This document shows positions 52,862 through 63,554 of a stretch of 64,000 nt of DNA, one piece after another. Position 1 is the first letter of the stretch. Every line of letters starts with the position of its first letter. The stretch is from Phoronis australis (taxonomy: Eukaryota; Animalia; Phoronida): contig NMRA01000190.1 in the NCBI GenBank assembly GCA_002633005.1, forward strand, positions 611,157 to 675,156, read 5' to 3'. The position numbers were made by a program, and so were the translations under genes. The notes under the pieces are model-generated. The model saw only the letters and a program-made list of their open reading frames with translations, did no database searches and was not told the DNA's origin.

Positions 52862-55800
52862 GTAAGTATGTCAGCCATTTCGTTGTGTATGTATCCTAGC
52901 CTAGGTAATATGTTACGCAGCGTTCGATTTAGCGACCTGCAGGCTTTTTTGTACCTAAAGGTGATTTCATTGCTCATTTTTTTACAGACAAGCATGTACT
53001 AGTTGCTTTTTTTGCAGAAGATTCAAGGGCAAAACAATTCGTGTCGAGATGTCGACAGGGAGGCCACGTGACAAGCGGCGTGGTGGCCGTGGGGCGTACT
53101 ACGGTGGCGGCGGTGGCAGTCGGTCATACGGACGAGATAGTGGTAGTCGTCGCTACAGTGGAGAAAGATACAGGCGGTCCAGGTAAGAAGTTTTTTTCGT
53201 GTTACAGATTTTTTCGATTTCAATAGAAAGGAGTTACTGTTGTGAGGAATCATGTGACAAGAATGACCAAGAAAGTCTATAGGACAAGGTGGAACTCTCA
53301 GTTGTAGCCTTCCATTTTTAGAAGCCAGGTGAATTCTTGTCCTGACAGTAAAGAAAACTTGATGCCTTGAATGGGAGGAAACGTCCTAGATATTTTGTTA
53401 ATAAAAATAAATCAGCAATCGAACGAATCGGACTATCGGTGTGCCTCCTAATGGCAATTTTTTTGTTTTTTACATTTACCTCTGTATCTTCAAAGGTTCT
53501 CAACGGATTTTCATAAAATTTAGCAGATAGGCATCTATAAGTGAGGTGACGCTATCCTCTGGTTTTTGGTTGAATTCAAGGAATTTTGTGCCACCTATTG
53601 GCCATTTTTATGCGCCCACATATTTATATGTGGACGCATTATGCCGTCATCTCCGTCCGTACGTCCGTCCGTACGGGCGGCGTCCGTCCGGCGTCCGCTG
53701 CTCTATCTCCAAAACCCTTTGACATACGTTCATGAAATTTGGCACGTATGCTCCATTCATGAATGGGACGGCATGTGCGAACTTTTGGACGGATCCGACT
53801 ACCGGTGTGCCCCCTAGTGGCAATTTTAGTTTTTTACGCTTACCTTTGTATCTTCAAAAGTCTTGAGCGGATTTTCATGAAATTTGGTATGTAGGCACCT
53901 ATTAGTGAGATGACGCTATCCTGCCGTTTTCAGATGGATTCGACATAGTTTGCGCCACCTAGTGGCCATTTTTAGTGTTTTCGAGTCTGTTTTTGTGCGT
54001 CCACCCCTCTATTAACCAAACCGCTCAAAGGATGATTGTGAAAATTGGCATGTGTATGCATACTTTGTAGAAGACGGTTGACGATGATTTTCCGACGATT
54101 TTGACGACTGTGGCGCCTCCTAGTGGCAGTTTTTTTTTTTGCGCCTATGGCTGTATCTCCTAAACCGTACGCAGGATCTTTACGAAATTGTGCAAGTATA
54201 TTTATATTATATTAACAACGGAAGATGACGACTTTTGGACGGATCCGACTACCGGTGTCCCCCTAGTGGCAATTTTAGTTTTTTACGCTTACCTTTGTAT
54301 TTTCAAAAGTCCTGAACGGATTTTCATGAAATTTGGTATGTAGGCAGCTATTAGTGAGATAACGCTATCCTCCCGTTTTCAGATGGATTCGACATAGTTT
54401 GCGCCACCTAGTGGCCATTTTTACTGTTTTCGAGTCTGTATTTTTGCGTCCACCCCTCTATCAACCAAACCGCTCAAAGGATGATTGTGAAAATTGGCAT
54501 GTATGTGCTTACTATGTAGAGGACGGTTGACGATGATTTTCCGACGATTTCGACTACTGTGGCACCTCCTAGTGGCAGTTTTGTTTTTTTTTGCGCCTAT
54601 GGCTGTATCTCCTAAACCGTTTGCAGGATCTTTACGAAATTTAATAAGTGTATTTATATGATGTTAACAACAGATGATGACGACTTTTGGACGGATCCGA
54701 CTACCAGTGTGCCCCCTAGTGGCAATTTTATTTGTTTACGTTTAACTTTGTATCTTCAAAAGTCCTGGTATGTAGGCACCTATTAGTGTGATGATGCTAT
54801 CCTCCCGTTTTCAGATGGATTCGACCTAGTTTGCGACACGCAGTAGCCATTTTTACTGTTTTTGAGTCTGTTTTTTGGCATCCACCCCTCTATCAATCAA
54901 ACCACTCTAAGTATGATTGTGAAAATTGGGCATGTATGTTCTAACTATGAAGAGGACGGTTGACGCTGAATTTCCCATGACTTTGATTACTGTGGCGCCT
55001 CCTAGTGGCAGTTTTTTTTTTGCGCCCATGGCTGTATCTCCCAAACCGTTTGCAGGATCTTTACTAAATTTATGGTGGTAAATTTGTTTTTAATTCTATG
55101 TTTTTGAGGTGCTTTAAGCAACTGATGTATAGGATGTGCTTGTATTATGAAGATCACTCACATTTTGCCCCCAGCCTATTGAGGAGACAATGACCATGCC
55201 TTTCCATTTTGCAAAGTACAACGTACTACATATATGCCCCCTACTGGCCACTTTATGGTACCAATAAACAACCCTAGAAGTATACCGTATACGGTGCAAT
55301 TGTGGGCGCATTTCAACGCTCTGCGTTGCTCTTGTTACTGTTTCGAGTCTGTTTTTTTCGGCATCTGCACCTTTGCCTACCAAACCACTCTAAGAATGAT
55401 TTTGAAATTGGCATATATGTTCCTAATGTGAAGAGGAGGGCTGTCGATTTTCCAACGACTTCGACTGCTGTGGTGCCTCTTTGTGGCAGTTTTGTTTTTA
55501 TTTGTGCCCATAGCTGTATCTCCTAAACACTCTGCAGGATGTTTAATTAAATTTAGCAAATTTATTCTTATAAAGTTGACAACGGATGATGACGACTTTC
55601 AGACGTATCTAACGAACGCTGTGCTCCCTAGTGGCAATTTCATTTTTTCCGTTTTCCTCTGTTTCTTTGTTAGTTCCTTTATGGATTTTTATGAAATTCA
55701 ATAAATAGCTTTCTATTAAAAAATGATGGCATGTTCCTGTTTTCGGATGGATCGGTCTTATATTGCGCCATCTAATGGCCATTTTTGTGATACAAATAAA

Positions 55801-58646
55801 CACTCCTAGAAGCACACTATTTGCGGTGCATTCGTGGGTGCTTCTTCAAAGTAATATGTCTTATTTTGTTCTTGTCTGCATGTTATGTGGGGGCATGGTG
55901 CGTTACTCTTGTATATAGTAAACTATTGTTAAAATGTGAAAACAATACAGATAGATGGTGTATTTTAGTGTCCGTATTGTTTCGCCAGCCTTTTTTTACC
56001 AGTGACCATTTTCTTAAAATTCATTAACGACTCATTTCCGAAACACCTCCACGCAACAAACACTCAATGTGCTTGGAGAAATTAAAGCATTTCACTTGAT
56101 TAAATTGTGATGTTTGGTTATGTTGAAACCATGTGAGACTAAGTTAACTTCTTTAAACAACCGTGGCTATAGCTTTTGGATTTTACTTTGCCAAAAAGCT
56201 GATAATTCGTATCTGAATATTATAACTGGCTGCCAGTTGAAATTGGTGAATTTTGCTCTGCCTGCATGCTGTGTGTGTGTGTGTGTGTATATATGTACGT
56301 ACTTGTAGTTGAACCATTGGTTTGACTCTGGTATTAAAGCAGACTACCCCTTTGTAGGCTAATCAGCACTGGCATCACATGAAATATTCTCACCGGGTAG
56401 TCATCTCTCAACACCTCAACCTTCATCTTTGCTCCAACTCTAATCAACTTCAGCTGTGCACCAATTCATCTACTTGCTCAGCCCCCATCTCAACAACTAC
56501 AACAACAACTACAACAACAACAACTACAACAACAACAACAATACTTCATCAGTACAGCCTGCATGGTGCAATGTGCCCAGCCTATTTGCACCATTCCCTG
56601 CTGTTGTGGCTGCAAAATTTTCCGTCCCTTCAACGTCAACTGCCGACCACTAGGGGGCTGCGCTGTAGTCATCGTGCCAAATTCTGATTGGTCAGTCGAC
56701 TCGACTGTGTTCACCTCAGCTTCTCAGCAACTTGTCTCTCAAGTCACGTGTCTGGTGCAGTAATGCTTGACGCACTGTGGCGGTCAGTCCGGGATACCTG
56801 ACTGTTGTGACAGGCAAACTAGACCATAGTCGAGAAATATAGCTTATCCTCCACTTTTTATCGTCTAAATCATCTTAGTTCTTCACCGTTGTGTAAGTAT
56901 CATTGTGTAATGTCAAGGAGAGACTTGTTTGACTTGGCAAAATGAGTGCATTTCACAGTGAAACTCGCTACAAAGCTGCAGCTCCCCAGCTACTCATTGT
57001 AGTTGGGCTGCAAGACTGAGCCATGTGATCATGGTAAACAAATTGTCTAGTAGTTGTTGCAAAGTCGAAATGCATTGTGATTTTGTTCAGTCTTGTTGAA
57101 AGCGACGTAGTCTTATTTTCAGCATTTATTGTTGTTTTCTTGGTCTTTTCCAAGTCGCTGCATTGGTACGAGACGATGTCCGTTGGACCAAAATTTGTCT
57201 TTACTAACCTTACTTTTTAAATCACAGGTCACGTTCGCCAAGAAGGGATCATAGAAGTCGAAGCAGGTAATTCAGTGGCATGAACGTTTTGAAAATATAA
57301 AGTTTTTATAATTGTTCACTACTACAGCTTTATTGATCTGCTTTACTGGTCTTTGTTCAAAAACAGAAAATCTACTCAAAGGCAAAGGCATGAACAACCC
57401 ATCAGAGTATGTTGTGGGGTATCTGGCATCCCTGGATACACTCATTTGTTGAGCTTACTGCTTTCATTCAGTTGCTCACTTCTCTCGTCAGACGTGATAA
57501 AATTTGATTAGAGAAAGAATTACACCGACGAGCCTTAGTAACATCTTTATCTCTGGGTTTGCGCTGTTTTGTTGTATGAATCCTCTTGTTACACCATTTT
57601 TATCCATATTAAGTGGATTATACATCCAAGGAGGGGATTTAGAAAATTTGCTGGTGGCAACATGTTGTGAAACCTTTCTAAACTACAAGTGTTTCTGGAA
57701 TCCTCAATTTGTGTCCCATGTTACTATTGTACCACTGGTTACTGATGAAATGTTTGAAAACATATGAAGCCGCTCTCCTTGTAAACCAAATTGACTTGTC
57801 CAATGGGGGAATTCATGTAGCTATGGGAACTGGTTTCTTGGCGCCTTTCACTCCAGTTGCCTTCATACTTCACTTTCTTACTAAACTATAGTCATGGTCA
57901 GAGTAGTCTCATTAAGAAGGGGGATTACCAGGCATGTTCTTCAAGTGGCTGAGCCATTCTGTAATTAGAATTTTGACACCTTGATAGTTATTAGTAATTT
58001 TTGCTGTCAACGGAATGGGACATCACGACGGGCAAATGCTGTTTTATGATTACTTTTGTCTTGTTCTGTATGTCTGTTCATCATAAAAATGTTCCTTTAA
58101 GGATCGTGTTTTTGTATTGAGGTATTGAACCCTTACCATGGGCAGCTGAATACTTGCAACAAACTAGAATTTCTACCACTCTCCACTAAAGGCCTCGCAC
58201 ATGAAAAGCACAAAGAAGCTTTGGAAGCTGATCTATGTGGCACACTTACCACGTACCGCTGTTTTTTTGTGGGTGTACTCCACCATGTTAAAAGCTGATG
58301 CAGTGTTATCTTTGAAAACCATTGTTTTTGTTCATGCTTCTATGTGGAACACTTAGTTTTGGTTCTTAGGTATAACACTAACTGGATTACTAACGATACA
58401 AATTTTGTGATTTTGACTTGATCTAAGCACTGCACAAGTTCTGCTCCGTGATTAGTGTTCAGCAGCCTCTGATAAGGGTTCGATTAGCGCCCCTTGAACT
58501 GATTGCTGCAACATATGTATTTGGCTGCCCGTATTGTCATTTGTGTGACCTTTATGGCACAACCAATCTGGTCTCTCTTAAACAGACTTCGTTCTGCATT
58601 TCTCTTCAGGTCTGTTGATCGTCACCGCAGTAATACTCCTAACTGA
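52653..58646 (+). CDS. SRSF3: SR splicing factor SRSF3/SRp20 (Rbp1-like): one RRM plus RG/RS tail, about 149 aa
   Basis: Exons 52653-52861, 53018-53182, 57228-57266, 58610-58646 total 450 nt with phases 2/2/2. The RRM has KVYVGDLG (RNP2), [16 protein letters not shown] (RNP1), [11 protein letters not shown] and IRVEMSTG. There is no CCHC zinc knuckle, which favours SRSF3/Rbp1 over SRSF7. Confidence 0.9.
53018..53182 (+). CDS. SRSF3: SRSF3-like coding exon 2 (RRM end, RGG/RS region)
   Basis: [25 protein letters not shown]...RYRRS; donor AG|gtaaga; NAGNAG acceptor. Confidence 0.9.
53605..55930 (+). mobile_element. Helentron-associated (HINE-like) element carrying a ~451-bp higher-order tandem array (3 x ~150 bp)
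   Basis: 5' sub-TIR atgcgcccacata with adjacent palindrome tatgtggacgcat, then a (GTCC)n microsatellite. Repeat units start acttttggacggatccgactacc at 53781, 54231 and 54683. 3' sub-TIR tatgtgggggcat at 55884-55896. Inserted at a T-run. Confidence 0.8.
56268..56288 (+). repeat. (TG)n tract preceded by TGCATG, about 70 nt upstream of the poison-exon acceptor
   Basis: cctgcatgctgtgtgtgtgtgtgtgtgt. Confidence 0.9.
56358..56892 (+). other. Probable poison (PTC-containing) cassette exon of the SRSF3-like gene
   Basis: Acceptor cccctttgtag|G, in-frame TGA at 56380-56382, donor |GTAAGT at 56893. The exon is C/A-rich with CAA, TCAAC and CTTCATC motifs and sits at the intron position of vertebrate SRSF3 exon 4. 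Confidence 0.65.
56489..56541 (+). repeat. (CAA)n repeat with CTA interruptions inside the putative poison exon
   Basis: Visible directly. Confidence 0.95.
57228..57266 (+). CDS. SRSF3: SRSF3-like 39-nt RS exon ([14 protein letters not shown])
   Basis: Perfect branch point TACTAAC at 57202-57208, cacag| acceptor, AG|gtaatt donor. Confidence 0.88.
58610..58646 (+). CDS. SRSF3: SRSF3-like terminal coding exon ([12 protein letters not shown])
   Basis: ttctcttcag| acceptor; phase fits; stop at 58644-58646. Confidence 0.8.
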
Positions 58647-59302
58647 GTCAAGAGCATCGTGACTGACGTCTGCAGCAAGCTTTGGATGGCTGACTATTTG
58701 ATTATACCATTTTCACCGTTCCATCTGGTTAAATGTAGTGTGTGCTCATGGACGTTTTTTCATTCTTATGTTAGTGAGTAAAATGTGTAATTTTTTTATC
58801 CAAGTGGCTTCGATTGAGCATATTGAGCCCGATTTTATGACTTGCAATACACATGGAAAGTAGGCTGACAAAATGACCCGGGATTCCATGTCATGACGGC
58901 TGGTGGAAGTCAAACTTGTCATCAGAGTAGTGCTGCCTCATGATTGAGAATGAAGGGTAATTAACGGGTAAAGTTAGTAAAGTTGGCCAAGTCATTCTGA
59001 CCGTCATAATAGTCATTTCCAGTCATTTTTGCTCTTAACAGAATTAGCCGTCATGATGAGGGAGTGGCATTCATCTCGGTCTTTACTTTTGTATTGTACA
59101 GTATTCTTTGGAGAACAGGTTAAGAAACCATTCCAAGTCATTTAGGTTGCGTAATTGCTTTTCCTGTCAAATTGTGAATCCCATTCGAGATTTCAGATTT
59201 TAGGAATTTTTATCTCTTAGTTTGGGTTGGTCGCCAATGAGAATGTGTATAAGCCATAAGACTTAAGAGTTAAATTTCATGTATTATCTGGTTGATCTTT
59301 AT

Positions 59303-59308
59303 AATAAA
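59303..59308 (+). promoter_or_regulatory. Candidate poly(A) signal of the SRSF3-like gene (second AATAAA at about 59355)
   Basis: AATAAA followed by a T-rich tract about 660 nt after the stop. Confidence 0.5.
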
Positions 59309-60334
59309 ACATTATTACTATGTCTCTTTTCATTTAAGAAGGAAACTTTTTCAAAATAAATGTCACATTTCAGAATCGTTTTTATAACCCAATTAGTCAA
59401 TGATTTCTGAATGCAGAATGTTAATTCATTATGACATCCTTTTCTGTCTGGCGTTGTTTACTTGCAAGTTTGTCTTTGGATTGTTAACAGTGCAAAATCC
59501 AGTGACTTAAGTAGGACCCCATCATAATAAGGAAGATCCTACCTCAGAAACGGTCTATCACAATCATACGAAACTTTCAGATACAATGCTCTATGCACTT
59601 CTAAAAACGCTGTTGTGTGGTTTTTTGAAATATTGTTAAAAGCAACTAAAACGAAATAACATTTTAGAAAACCGTAACAATGTTTTTGACATCTACCTTG
59701 AATATCGAGGAAATTTGATTATGTGAATGATATCGCCATTTTGCTACCAATGTATCTTTCATTTTTGCTAAATTTTATTAAAAAGACATGGTTGTGTGGC
59801 CCAATTAATATTAAACTGATAAAAAGTTAAATCCTACAGTCTTCATGCTTTCATAAAATAGACTTGATCAGTTAGATTTATGGCTAAATATGCACTTGTC
59901 GATAAGGCATTGGTCATTCCAAGCCTTGATGAATTGAGATTAAACAAGTTTTCAGAAGTACATTGTGCATTTCGTTCAATGATGTTTTTGACTTGGGGGC
60001 CCATATATCTGTAGTGCGAATGACGAGACTAAGAAACAGAAATTTGGTGTTGCATTCCACACAGCTATTTCAGAAAACCAAAGTTCACGAGCAATTGTGT
60101 AGTTTGAAATTGACAATCAAACCTTTAACGGTGTGTATGAAATGAGAGTTGAGAAATCCTAGAACATCAAAATTTATGTAATCTGCACACACCATTACAG
60201 TTGTAAAAAGAGTCCAGCAACTCTTGATCAATGAAATTTTAAAAATATAAATCTCATGAAGAACTCAATATCACAACTAAAAACATGATCATCAAAATCT
60301 AAATAACCATCAAAACGTCAATATCTGATAACTA

Positions 60335-60578
60335 CAGGGCTTGGAATTTTCCTCTTGTAAGAGGATTTTCTCTTTTTGGTTTCGATTTCCTCTTTTATTT
60401 CCAGTGTCCTCTTTTTCGTGTCTCGTTTTTTAATCATTATTTTGACTTTATTCATGCAAATACTTTTATTTTCTTAAATTTTGTAACGCAGAAAATGTTT
60501 CTATCACACAAACCTATTTTTTATGGAACGATTAACCTGGAAATTTTTCCTCTATGTCACTGGTCATTCCAAGCCCTG
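60335..60578. mobile_element. hAT-like MITE (244 bp)
   Basis: TIR CAGGGCTTGGAAT / ATTCCAAGCCCTG flanked by direct TAACTA; an orphan end lies at about 59911-59927. Confidence 0.65.
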
Positions 60579-61697
60579 TAACTATCACGTTTGCAATGCA
60601 AAAAAAATAAGCACTGATAGTAACAACATTGCCTGCTACTTCAAAAAAAAGCCAATAATTTTGGCATATTGTAACTTAATTACTGTCATAATCCTTGACA
60701 CTAGAAACTGGAGAAGTCTAGCACAGACCAATGTACACTAAACATGACTCAACAGAACCAGCTGAGAAGTCCTGGACACAATGTGGACATAAACGGTAGA
60801 CTATTGAAAAACTACAGTTTGGGACACAACATGGCAGACAGTTGAAATTTATTTTCACACAAGTTATATAGCAAAATGCTTTACAATATTCAAGTTTTAT
60901 ACATCCACCATGAAACAAAATCTGGAAAACTGGGAACTCGCATCAATGTAAAAAGACCTTAATTAAGATAAAAGGGCATTTTTTGCAATTATTTTTACCC
61001 GAAATTGGTTAGATTTTACCTAATGAATATTTTCTGTACGTCTTCCATTCTTCAATAGTTGGTAAATCAAATTACTGGATGCCTTGTTGAACATGCATGC
61101 CGTTACTGATGTCAAGAAGCTGAGGTATCTCAATCTACTGATATTATGTTTCACTAATGGCTATACACAACAAAGGCGAAAGCAAACGGACAAACAACTG
61201 CGAAGCAATCAATCTTAATGACCCCTAACAGTAAAGACGCACTGCACACACAATGGCGGCACATATCTTGTGTGACTATTATTGTGGAGCATGTATATTG
61301 TTTTAAGGGGGAATTGCTGTTTGTTTCAAGTTAGTAGAGAGAAATATGGTAAAATTTCACTATTATGACACCATATGGCAGACGAGGGGAAATTTAATTT
61401 TTTTTTTACAAAAGATGAGTAACACCATAGCAACCATCAGACAATGTTTTGAGAAATTATGGGCATTTACAACAACGCCCGGGAGCTCTGAAAATTTAAA
61501 AAATTCAATTTTGGACATTATTTTTACCAGAAATTGGCAAATTTTACGACATGTAAAGGTAAAAAGGAATGGTGCCCTTAAACAGCAAAATGTGCCAAAA
61601 TGTTTTGCTTCAGACTGATTTTTTTGTGATTCCAAAACAGTATGTAATATGCCTCTAAGATATCGTTGGCTTCTTTTCTGCTCCTTATCTTGACAAA

Positions 61698-62877
61698 TCA
61701 GTCCATCTTCAACACATTCTGAACACTGTTAGGAAGATATCTCCCAACTCCAAGCAGCTGTAAATAAAAGAAGTTTCAATATCATGTGTCCATAATCTTA
61801 TATCTGGCATCAAGACTCCCACGCCAATTACCTACCATACTTAAAAGAGTTACTGAAACCCAATAGAAACGTGCATGAATACATTGAAGGTGAACACGTC
61901 TTTAATGTGAAGATTGCATAATTTTTTTATTAATTTTTATCGTATTTCTTCTGAGGCAAATTCTCCTGCCCTAACTTTTCACAAGAAAGTCAATCTTAGA
62001 TGCTGAATAGTTAAAAAATCAAGTTTCAGTCCCCCAATATTGCAATCTTCCTCAGCTAGTGTTTTATTGTTGTCTTCTCAGCGCTAATGTGGTAATTGAT
62101 CTGCTCCACACAAAAGGAACTTATGTCAGTGTTCGTGATATCGAGCATTGACTACGGTCACGATTCTTGTACAATAACTTAAGTTTTACTACACCGCGTT
62201 TCTATCCCAGAACAAATTTAACCATTTCCAAGTCACAGTCAATTAACATTTGTTCAGTGAAAGTCCTACCTTGACAAAAAGTGCAATCAATGTTGACACA
62301 ATGAAGAACGGTAGGAATCGTCTGAAGCCTTTCTTCTTCAGATTCACCTTGATGAGGTTGTTAGCCATCTTCATCTTCTTGTCTGAGAATGGTGGATATC
62401 TTACGCTACAAACACAACGAACAGATTGAAACATTTTTGGCAGACGTTCACCAAAAACTTTCAAAATGTCTGCTTGTATCTGAATAATTGGCTTATAATA
62501 AAGTTAAGCACTTTTATCCGACAATCTGCGGGTGACAGGAAACAACTGTTTTGAGGTCTCTAGAGGTGATGAGTAAAATATAAATCATTTACTCAGAAAT
62601 GTAGCATTAAAGAGGTTATATTGATTGCAATCAAGAAGCCCAGAATGAGCCGAGATCAAGGACTACAACTCCCAATACATGACACTGTAAGCCACATTTC
62701 AAGACCTAAATGATCTCGTTGCAACTTCCGAAAGACTAACCAACCTCAGCAGAGGTTCGTCAAGTGTAGTCCTATGGAGGAAGGCTTTCTTGTGTGAGAA
62801 CGTCTCATAAGTGAAGCGGCCATGGTAACCACCTCCCAATCCACTGTAGCCTACGCCACCAAAAGGTAATGTGCGCA
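61698..62877 (-). CDS. ALDH3A2: Fatty aldehyde dehydrogenase (ALDH3A2-like), last three coding exons; gene continues beyond the window
   Basis: Exons 62745-62877 (LPFGGVGYSGLGGGYHGRFTYETFSHKK), 62270-62405 (VRYPPFSDKK...FLPFFIVSTLIALFVK) and 61698-61757 (LLGVGRYLPNSVQNVLKMD*) have consistent phases. The ALDH3 C-terminal signature is followed by a hydrophobic tail anchor. Confidence 0.85.
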
Positions 62878-63404
62878 CTGGAATGACGAGCAATGTGATA
62901 TACACAACAGCCAGTTCAGTCAAAAATCACCCGAACAGTCTGACAGGAGTCACCCTTGCCCTTTCAACATGAGCAATCCGAGCACATACATGCCACATGT
63001 GAACACACATAGACCCTATTCACGCTGACAGGAGGCGCGTTCCAAAACGAGGCTCGCTACGATAGCTCTGTTAGCTTATCGGCATAGGAGTCTGTGTTTC
63101 AGTCCGTGTTGTTCCCCAAACGGCTAGAAAAAATACGGACACGCTTCACAATCTCTAAAGACGTTTAGATTCGGAAGCGTTGGGTCGTTGCCATACGCCG
63201 ACGAAGCAAAATATGTCCGTGTAAAATAAATGTTTTCGAAAAGTTAGATCATATTTTGTCGCGTCTCGGTCAGTTGTCAAGCATCATAGTAACGACCGGA
63301 GAATGGGCCAGCCAGGTTGTATTTTCATGACAACGGAATGGGGGGGGGGGCTAAAATTGTATCAGATCCCATTTTTGAGTTCGGGTGCGAATTGCTGATT
63401 AGCA

Positions 63405-63554
63405 CACGTGCGCAACCAGGGGGTCTTGGGGGGTGAATAAACAACGCATAGGCGCTGAATGAACCCCGTTTACCGTTTTTTTTTAGTCAACAGGTCAGCA
63501 AACCCAAGAATTCAAGACCCCTGCTTCCCCAGATTTTAGGCTGGGTGCGCGCAT
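63405..63554. mobile_element. Related MITE, copy 3, in an ALDH intron
   Basis: cacgtgcgcaaccagg...aggctgggtgcgcgcat. Confidence 0.5.

Noticed and set aside
52576-52995. 139-aa minus-strand ORF
   Set aside because: Antisense to the SRSF3 RRM exon; no independent support.
56760-57266. SRSF7-style split-ORF2 starting in the poison exon and joining the RS exon
   Set aside because: The frame that would join 57228 has TAG stops at 56840 and 56876 and no ATG after them.
52653-58646. Calling the SR gene SRSF7/9G8
   Set aside because: No CCHC zinc knuckle follows the RRM.
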